From Naegleria gruberi (taxonomy: Eukaryota), in the NCBI GenBank assembly GCA_000004985.1, contig GG738876.1: 64,000 nt of DNA; one strand, 5' to 3'. Below, piece by piece: positions 57,177 through 64,000 of this stretch. Numbering within the stretch: position 1 is the first letter of the stretch; every line of letters begins with the position of its first letter. A program made the position numbers and the translations under genes. The notes beneath the pieces are model-generated. The model made no database searches, had not been told where the DNA came from, and saw nothing but the letters and a program-made list of their open reading frames with translations.

Positions 57177-58280
57177 TTAGCAGCTATTATGCTTAATAGA
57201 TGATTGTTGTGTTAGACCATCCTTTGTAACTTTCCAAAACGAAAGAGTGTTGTCATATGCTCCAGCAACAAATCCTCCTCTTGGTGATTCTACAATATTC
57301 AAAATTCTATTATCTGTAATTTCATCACTGACCAACAATTCTTCACCTTCCTCTTTTGTAATGTCAAATACTCTAATAGCATTATTTTCTGCTGCATTGT
57401 TTTTTGACATTGCCGAACCAATTAGCAAGTTTGAATATACCTTAGACCATACCAATCCAAATACTCGTGAATTGAGGTGTTTAATTTTCCTTATTAATTT
57501 GCCAGTTTCGGTTTCCCAAATGCAAATCTTTCCATCACCGACTCCACCACCACTTGCTAGCTTGGGTGATTGATAATTATGAGACCAAGATAATGCCTTA
57601 ACAGTGCTGTTATGCTTTTGAAGTCTGAATTCAGGTTGTTCAACATTGACTTTCCATATTTGGATTTCGTTATCTGAACCTGAGCTAGCCAATTGTTGTC
57701 CATTTGGAGACCATTCTAAGCCGCAGATTTTTGCACAGTTACCTGCAACTGAACTAATTACTTCTCCAGAACGAATATCATGAGTCATAATATTTCCAAA
57801 ATTATCCGATCCTGATGAAATCAAGTGCTTTTGAACTGGATTCCAAGATATAACTGGCACTCTGTCCCTGTGTCCACTAATTTGTCCAATTTTAATAGTC
57901 CTCTCAATGTCCCAAAGGTGAATTTGTCCAGAATTGAAACCTATGGCCAAAATGGATCCATCCTTGTTCCAGGAAACGCTCGTAGTGATATCACTTTCTT
58001 GTTTCAATTCACAAACACTCCCCAAATTAGCATTCCACAAATTAACTGCCTTATCCTCCGTTGCTACAGCAAGTATATTTCCTCCACTCCAACAAATATT
58101 ATTCGTATAATAATCATTCACATAATCAGACTTCATCAAATTCCGATATTCAAACTTCATATGAAAACTTTTTTCCTTCATTTTCAATTGTAATAGTTTG
58201 AAACTTTCATTGTGAGAAGAAGGAAATGAATTGAAATCGGTGAGAGGGATGCAAGCAATGTTGGGGTTTGATTGATTCAT
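57177..58280 (-). CDS. Cdc20/Cdh1 (Fizzy)-family WD40 protein, short form (367 aa) lacking an N-terminal C-box region and IR tail
   Basis: WD40 blades closely track the Cdc20 pattern (VSWNKDGSILAIGFNSGQIHLWDIE..., ISSGSDNFGNIMTHDIRSGEV..., LEWSPNGQQLASSGSDNEIQIWKV...). ATG at 58278-58280, only 87 bp downstream of the stop of the upstream HECT gene on the same strand. Confidence 0.65.
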   Translation of the reverse strand: MNQSNPNIACIPLTDFNSFPSSHNESFKLLQLKMKEKSFHMKFEYRNLMKSDYVNDYYTNNICWSGGNILAVATEDKAVNLWNANLGSVCELKQESDITTSVSWNKDGSILAIGFNSGQIHLWDIERTIKIGQISGHRDRVPVISWNPVQKHLISSGSDNFGNIMTHDIRSGEVISSVAGNCAKICGLEWSPNGQQLASSGSDNEIQIWKVNVEQPEFRLQKHNSTVKALSWSHNYQSPKLASGGGVGDGKICIWETETGKLIRKIKHLNSRVFGLVWSKVYSNLLIGSAMSKNNAAENNAIRVFDITKEEGEELLVSDEITDNRILNIVESPRGGFVAGAYDNTLSFWKVTKDGLTQQSSIKHNSC

Positions 58281-58367
58281 TGAATGAACGTTCTGGTATT
58301 TTTTTTGGTTTAATTTCTTACAATGGTTTAATTTATTTTTGATTTTAGAAATGTTACAAAAATTATA

Positions 58368-61325
58368 TTATGTGAGACCAAATGATTGAGTACCTTGTTC
58401 AATGGCTTGAATCAATTTTTCCTTCAAGGTTTCTCTATCTCTATAGCTTGGAAGTTTCAAAAGAGAGTAGCAAGTACTGGAAGTTGGTAAACGAGAGGTG
58501 TCAGTCACTCTTTGAATACAAATCTTTGGGTGCATATCTTTAAATCCGAGCAGTGGTGGTCTTGAAATTGAACTAATGAATTTGAGTAACAAGACGTGTT
58601 GTGAAGAGGTCAAATCATTAAAGACAACATCCCAAAACATTTGAATGGTTGGATGTTCTTGACTGTAACCACTTCCATACTCTGTATTGGCATATAGGTC
58701 ATCAATATCGATTGGACTATCACTTCCACAGATAATATCAATAAATTCATTTTCATCAAAAAGAGAAATCCATGATGAAGGTACAATTTCATTCAATCCC
58801 TTCATGAATGCATCTGATTGACTCTTAATTTGGTGGTTGAGCTTATAATTAGCAACTCTGAAAATAAAGGAGAGTTTGTTGCTGTCAGTCACTGCAATAT
58901 TTTCACCATTTGGTATCAATTGTCTTGCAATTCTGCCAGATAATTCATCTCCATCCACAATAGTAAAATTCAATCCCAAATCTCCTGCATTATTATTATT
59001 TTTCAAAAAGAGCAAGTTACGATGTAATTCCTTGTCAAATGTAGCCAAATCATTAATTAAATCATTGTTGTTACCCTTCATTAATTTTGAAACGAAAAAT
59101 TTGGCAAATGGTAAGTCAATAACAATGGCATCATAAATTGCCTTGCCTAATATCTTCCCCAAAAAGTTATAAAATCTCAAATCAAGACCATCTGGATAAA
59201 TTATTGAGGAATTAGGATTTGGATATAAACGACCATCATCGGTTGCTTTGAAAAGTCCATAGCTATTGCTGAATGCAAGTTTGCTCAATTCGAACAAGTA
59301 TTCTCTCAATGGGCCAAGGCCAATACCATCCTCTACAGTGTTATGTTGATCAATAAATTGCACTCTTACTCTTCCTTTCAATTGAAGAGGGGAAAGGTTG
59401 TTCAATTTGGCATAAGAATCCTCAAATATTTGTTCCCTTCTTATTCCAATAGGTTCTATGAAATGCTGTAAATCATAACAATAGTCTCTATCCATTGCAA
59501 TAACTTCCTTGAATATCTTTAATCTTATTTCTAAAGGTACTAAGAAGGGTAATTTCTCGATAAGCTCTTTCGTCTTGTTAAATGCCTGAGCCTCTTTGAA
59601 TGATGATGTTTTTCTGGACATGGCTTCTCTTAAGGCTTGAATTCGTTGTAATCTGAGAGGAATATATTCCCCTGTAACCATTGGAGAGTCATCATCAACC
59701 ATTTCATCACCTCTAAATATAAACTCGGAAATCTTTTCAATATCAAGATTAGATGCCTCAGTTATAGTGAAATGATTCTTTGGACAAAAGTTTAGCCTAA
59801 CATCTCTGTTGTGTAATTTGGTGAGTAAATCACAGAGGCCGGCTTTGAGTGTGAGTTTCGAATTATTCCACACCAACTCAAAACATAAGGGAATGAGAAG
59901 TGCTGATATTTGAACATTTTCCTCCAATGAAAATGGTTTTGTCTTGAAGCTTTCATCATCCATAAAGGCAAGAATATTGTCATATACTTTACAAAATAGA
60001 GCTAGAATTTCAATATTTTCCAACAGGTCATTCTTGATAGCACTCCACATTAATTTGACTAATTTAAAATCATCAGAACAATAGGAAATAATATTCAATA
60101 TGGTACTTGTATGTTTGCTTTCATCATGCATTAGGAAAAGAAAAATGTTTGAAAAGTCTACAAGACTTTCCTTATTTTCATCCACTGACAAAATAGCATC
60201 AATGATACGTTTGAGGTGAACACCTTTCATTAAGAGTTCGACTTGCTGCCTGATATCGGAAAGTGTTGAAAATTGTTCATCACTTTCTTCAGATACCACT
60301 GATTCATTTATGGAAATCAAATCAAAGTTCACTTGAGGCAAAATGGTAGCTACAATACGAAGATAATTAACAATGCTTTGAGGGGAGATCTTGTTCTCTT
60401 TCATGAATCCATGTACAAGCTCTATTAAATTTCCACAAAAATAGAGTCTTCTCTTACTTTCCTTCTCTTCTGATTTGAATTTTTCAATGACATCTTGAGG
60501 ATTCAATTTGGAAAACAATGTATCAATATCAATCTGAAGAAGAGAACTTGTAGAAAAGTGTGTAAAAATGAATGGAAGAGAAAAGAGCTCCAACAAAAAA
60601 GACAGTGACAGCTGTGGATCAAATACACAACCTGACAATGTCAATCCCAATATGCTAGCAGCATAATTCTTTGATTTTTCTTGGTGATGTGTCACAAATT
60701 GATGAATAATTGAGATGATGTTACAGTCCTTTGTACAAATAATCTTTCCTAAAAACTTGGCAAAACTCAAGTCATTAGTGAAATACTTCCTATCAAGAAG
60801 GCAAGTTAGTGATTGTGTCGCAAGAATTAATCTCTTGTTTGATGAGAGATCCAACTCATTGTCGTTTGTTCTACTAATAAAGTCCAATACTAATCGAGCT
60901 AATTTAGAATATTTGAAATGAGCAGCATCTTCAGAAATGATGGCGGAACTATTTCTTATTGTTCTTATCAGAAAATTCAAAATAATCAACAATCTGTTGA
61001 AATCCTTTTCATCTCGTTTAGGATTATAAAAATACAAGAGTTTGTTCAGTAGTTGTATAAATTTCGACAAATCCAATCCTGATTTCATATATTGTTGTAC
61101 CAATTCATCAAAGGCTAACCGTTGTCTATTTTTCTCCTTTCTACTATTCAAAAACTTTCTAGCAACCCTCACCAACAAGGCTCCTGATTGTTCTTCAAGC
61201 TTTGATTGCCGATTCCTCTCTCTTTCTCTTCTAGCATTTTCCAATATTTCCTCTCGGGATAAATTCTTTGATCCTCCCATGGAAACTTTCTTTCCACTTG
61301 CTCCACCACCAAAAGAAAAATTCAT
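58368..61325 (-). CDS. HECT-domain E3 ubiquitin ligase, UBE3C/Hul5-like (~985 aa)
   Basis: First ATG at 61323-61325 (MNFSFGGGASGKKVSMGGSKNLSREEILENARRERERNRQ, which is like the UBE3C/Hul5 N-terminus MFSFEGDF..VSLGG). The track start at 61379 is TTG. C-terminal HECT lobe with catalytic Cys in ...LPTSSTCYSLLKLPSYRDRETLKEKLIQAIEQGTQSFGLT*. Confidence 0.85.
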   Translation of the reverse strand: MNFSFGGGASGKKVSMGGSKNLSREEILENARRERERNRQSKLEEQSGALLVRVARKFLNSRKEKNRQRLAFDELVQQYMKSGLDLSKFIQLLNKLLYFYNPKRDEKDFNRLLIILNFLIRTIRNSSAIISEDAAHFKYSKLARLVLDFISRTNDNELDLSSNKRLILATQSLTCLLDRKYFTNDLSFAKFLGKIICTKDCNIISIIHQFVTHHQEKSKNYAASILGLTLSGCVFDPQLSLSFLLELFSLPFIFTHFSTSSLLQIDIDTLFSKLNPQDVIEKFKSEEKESKRRLYFCGNLIELVHGFMKENKISPQSIVNYLRIVATILPQVNFDLISINESVVSEESDEQFSTLSDIRQQVELLMKGVHLKRIIDAILSVDENKESLVDFSNIFLFLMHDESKHTSTILNIISYCSDDFKLVKLMWSAIKNDLLENIEILALFCKVYDNILAFMDDESFKTKPFSLEENVQISALLIPLCFELVWNNSKLTLKAGLCDLLTKLHNRDVRLNFCPKNHFTITEASNLDIEKISEFIFRGDEMVDDDSPMVTGEYIPLRLQRIQALREAMSRKTSSFKEAQAFNKTKELIEKLPFLVPLEIRLKIFKEVIAMDRDYCYDLQHFIEPIGIRREQIFEDSYAKLNNLSPLQLKGRVRVQFIDQHNTVEDGIGLGPLREYLFELSKLAFSNSYGLFKATDDGRLYPNPNSSIIYPDGLDLRFYNFLGKILGKAIYDAIVIDLPFAKFFVSKLMKGNNNDLINDLATFDKELHRNLLFLKNNNNAGDLGLNFTIVDGDELSGRIARQLIPNGENIAVTDSNKLSFIFRVANYKLNHQIKSQSDAFMKGLNEIVPSSWISLFDENEFIDIICGSDSPIDIDDLYANTEYGSGYSQEHPTIQMFWDVVFNDLTSSQHVLLLKFISSISRPPLLGFKDMHPKICIQRVTDTSRLPTSSTCYSLLKLPSYRDRETLKEKLIQAIEQGTQSFGLT

Positions 61326-61711
61326 AGTGAAAGATAACAGCAATAGAAAAACGGAAAACACAACAGAAAGATTGAACAAGTTGTGTTGCTATTTTTTTCA
61401 AGTTATTTTTAAATTGAAATGTTCCGTTCTTCAATTAGTGCCTACAAGAAATAAAACACAATAAAAAAATTAAACAATGATCCTTTGTTGATTTTCGGAG
61501 GGGTTTTTCATGATGAAACCACCAAACTTTCATATCATCATCTCAACAAGATCTAAATAGTAGTAATAGTAGTAATTTTTATTAGTGGATTATCATCATT
61601 AAATTGTAATTTACTTTTCATGATGGACATAAATTCAAGTTGGTGTTCATCCTATCATTCACCCACCATCACCATACAATAATATTATTTGTAGAAATTA
61701 ATTTTAAAAAA

Positions 61712-63523
61712 ATGTCATTACGCAATAATGCTTCATCTTCGTTACTTCAACTTCCGCCAGAAATAACTTTCAAAATACTTGAATTTATTATTTCAGAAGA
61801 GTTCTACTGTTCGGATATTTGTGATCAAGATGAAACGAAACTAATGGAAATGATTCAGAGAAAAGTTGTTTCCAACACTATTTATAATCTCTTTGAAGAA
61901 TTAAAAGATTACCTATTAGTACATAGAGATTTATTTTACAATAATTTTATTAATATTCATTGTAATAGGCAGTTTCTAATAATTTGGAAAAGAATTCTCT
62001 ATTCATTCGAATATCATTACAAAAAGGAATTTAAAAAAGAGTTTATTCTCGCTGATCAAGTTCTTTCATTAATTAGGGAATGTAAAACTGGAGATGAACT
62101 TTCTACCAAAAAATTAATAATTGCTGTGTTTTCAAGATTTAATAGTCCTGAATGCATATTAGAAACGTTCTTTAATGTGAAATGCTCTTCATCAAATTCA
62201 ATTTTATATTTTAGTGGATATAATGGTATTCTTGGAGAATTGATGTGTAAGGATCATGATTGTGAGAATTGGAAGGAACAGTTACATAAATTGGATCAGT
62301 TATTGATTCAATACCCTTCATTGACTCAGAATCCGAAATATTCAATGGTTATTATTCAAAAAATGTGTATTTTCTTAATCTCAAAGCAAATCTATTCTAA
62401 TATTATTCGAGCGACAAAGAAGAAACGAGATAAAACTTGGAAAAAGAAAGCTGAAATAATAGGTAATGTCTTTACTATGATATTTAGTAAAGATTTCATA
62501 GTTGAAAATTCACTGTCCTCCTCTCAAATGCAATCATTAAGTATAGTTCTAGCGACTATTAAGGTTGTGTGCTCGAGTGATCTATTTGATAAGATATTTT
62601 CCAGGTGGATTCTTAATAGTTCGAATAGGTCATGTTACTTGAATAATTTACTGTTTACCAATACTTTCTCTGGCGATTGCAAAAGATTTAAATATTGCAT
62701 AATTGAATCATTTATAGTACATGGTCAGTTTAAAGAGCTTGAAAGGCTTATTGAAACGGTTTCCAAGCTCCCATCTCAGCCATCTAGTGTAATTTCCAGT
62801 ACAATATCTGAAATACTGTCAATCTACTTTGATAAGATTGAATTGTTCCAATTAGAAGTAGAGAAATATACCCAACAAGTTATTGACCTAATATTAGCAT
62901 GTTGGAATTTGAAAGCCAGTTTAAGAAATGAGGATGTTATTGATATTCTTCAGAGTTTGACAAGTACTGTATGTACAAAGGCGTTACAGGTGAAAGATGA
63001 TAATTTCTTGGTAGAATTATTTGATAAGTTTTACTTCACATTATTCTCAAAAGAGTTTCTGTGTAATAGGCTAATATTAATGGAGTCTATACTTCTCCAA
63101 TCAAATATACTCTTACATGCAATTCAGAACGTTAGAATTTTTGAACATTTGATGAATAATGTTGGAAATCAGAACACTTTCAAAAAGCAGTTGACCTGCA
63201 TTTGTCAGGATTCAACCATCTATTCCAAGGTACTTTCCTTTTCTGTCAGTTATGAATCTACCTTTTATTTACATAATGAAATTTACAAAATGAGAACAGA
63301 GAGTCCCTTCCATGATACTATTGAATTATTTGAGAAGAGATTGAGGGTAATTAAGAAATACCTTAACAACATTTCAATTTTCAAAAACACTATCACTGAT
63401 CAATCTTCAAAATTCAACGAAACTCTCGAACAGTATACTAGAAAACATAATAGTGAATGGAAAAAGAACATAGACAAACTGAAAGGAATTATTACAATAT
63501 TGAAGGATGAATTTTGTGATTAA
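61712..63523 (+). CDS. Hypothetical large protein (~604 aa) with F-box-like N-terminus
   Basis: First ATG at 61712 (aaaaaaATGTCATTACGC). LQLPPEITFKILEFI resembles an F-box; the remainder is alpha-helical-looking with no motif I recognise. Confidence 0.4.
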   Translation: MSLRNNASSSLLQLPPEITFKILEFIISEEFYCSDICDQDETKLMEMIQRKVVSNTIYNLFEELKDYLLVHRDLFYNNFINIHCNRQFLIIWKRILYSFEYHYKKEFKKEFILADQVLSLIRECKTGDELSTKKLIIAVFSRFNSPECILETFFNVKCSSSNSILYFSGYNGILGELMCKDHDCENWKEQLHKLDQLLIQYPSLTQNPKYSMVIIQKMCIFLISKQIYSNIIRATKKKRDKTWKKKAEIIGNVFTMIFSKDFIVENSLSSSQMQSLSIVLATIKVVCSSDLFDKIFSRWILNSSNRSCYLNNLLFTNTFSGDCKRFKYCIIESFIVHGQFKELERLIETVSKLPSQPSSVISSTISEILSIYFDKIELFQLEVEKYTQQVIDLILACWNLKASLRNEDVIDILQSLTSTVCTKALQVKDDNFLVELFDKFYFTLFSKEFLCNRLILMESILLQSNILLHAIQNVRIFEHLMNNVGNQNTFKKQLTCICQDSTIYSKVLSFSVSYESTFYLHNEIYKMRTESPFHDTIELFEKRLRVIKKYLNNISIFKNTITDQSSKFNETLEQYTRKHNSEWKKNIDKLKGIITILKDEFCD

Positions 63524-63729
63524 TAGTACATCACGATATCGATTAAAACCATAGTGATGATTTACTGTGATTTTACATGATGAAAATTTCAAATGAAAAT
63601 TCACTAATATACATTACAATTGGGTTTCATAGGAGATGTGAAACTTTTATGCACCAATTTTAATTGCACAGTAGTCCATTCCAATTTTCAAAAAATTAAG
63701 GACTTGGAAATCTATAAGCGTTGATGAGA

Positions 63730-64000
63730 TCAATCATTAATTTTGGAACATTTGTGCATTAGTAATTCAGCTGCCACATCATTGTTGAGTTCATGATATT
63801 CTTTGAAGAGTTCTTTTGCTTCGTCGAATTGATTTGAGAAGAAGAGTATGCAAGCTTGATTGTATTTGGTCCATTTGGCTTTCTTTTCCTTTTCTTTTAA
63901 CTCATACATCCATTCTGTTAAAAAAGAATAGTTAAATATTTTAAATATTTTCAAAATTATTACTTACCATCCATGCCAACATGTAAACTTTCACCCAATT
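63730..64000 (-). CDS. 3' end of a minus-strand gene continuing beyond the window (partial; last exon 63730..63908 plus upstream exon from 63958)
   Basis: A 49-nt intron gtaagtaataatt...ttttttaacag (63909..63957) joins ...LGESLHVGMD to EWMYELKEKEKKAKW...KCSKIND*. Function unknown (TPR-like helices possible). Confidence 0.3.

Noticed and set aside
1669-63954. Many ORF-track entries begin with 'M' although the underlying codon is TTG/GTG/CTG (e.g. 2188..3495, 1669..2043, 10705.., 21679.., 45574.., 45957.., 48974.., 61379..)
   Set aside because: The ORF finder evidently uses a bacterial start-codon set. In this eukaryotic sequence I treated these as internal exon fragments or re-anchored to the first in-frame ATG, and I did not take the N-terminal extensions at face value.
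1-64000. CRISPR arrays, rRNA genes, bacterial operons, phage or integrative-element signatures
   Set aside because: None seen. The window is clearly eukaryotic (spliceosomal introns, eukaryotic tRNAs, ankyrin/HECT/RhoGAP/F-box genes), so prokaryotic feature classes do not apply.

Overview
This is a gene-dense, AT-rich (roughly two-thirds A+T) eukaryotic nuclear window, not prokaryotic. It has short GT-AG spliceosomal introns of about 40-130 nt with GTAAGT/GTATGT donors and (t)ttag / aacag acceptors. Start contexts are A-rich ('aaaaaaaATG'), poly-N/T/Q/S tracts are encoded, intergenic spacers are 40-500 bp, and two Pol III tRNA genes are present. The gene repertoire and codon style look dictyostelid/amoebozoan-like, but that is only an inference. 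I can support about 35 protein-coding genes (16 on +, 19 on -), one likely pseudogene fragment, one frameshifted paralog pair, tRNA-Asp(GTC), tRNA-Leu(CAA), and two 50-N assembly gaps. Recognisable products include an MFS transporter (partial), an ABCG half-transporter, a cytochrome P450, an ankyrin-repeat protein kinase, a CobW/ZNG1 GTPase, an RluA pseudouridine synthase, a membrane-anchored subtilase, an F-box/LRR protein, a Gfo/Idh/MocA oxidoreductase, an SCP/FCP-type phosphatase, a microbial-type PARG-like macrodomain protein, a MAPEG GST, tandem DOMON-ferric-reductase genes, an N-myristoylated RhoGAP, a class-I aminotransferase, a YKT6 SNARE, a CLC channel, an SDR-fusion protein, a Cdc20-like WD40 protein and a HECT (UBE3C/Hul5-like) E3. 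The ORF track calls starts at TTG/GTG/CTG as 'M', so several listed N-termini are artefactual; I re-anchored starts to the first in-frame ATG where that was clear. The most unusual structures are two candidate mobile elements. The first is a ~2.6 kb cassette (7969-10597) bounded by ~450 bp inverted repeats, carrying an orphan 221-aa ORF, a nested MITE-like element with ~130 bp TIRs and a perfect 17-bp hairpin. It sits between two divergently transcribed host genes. The second is a ~1.2 kb element with perfect 57-bp TIRs that abuts an assembly gap (35722-36879). The tandem DOMON-FRD genes show 100%-identical gene-conversion tracts and single-nucleotide frameshifts. No CRISPR, rRNA or bacterial operon features are present.
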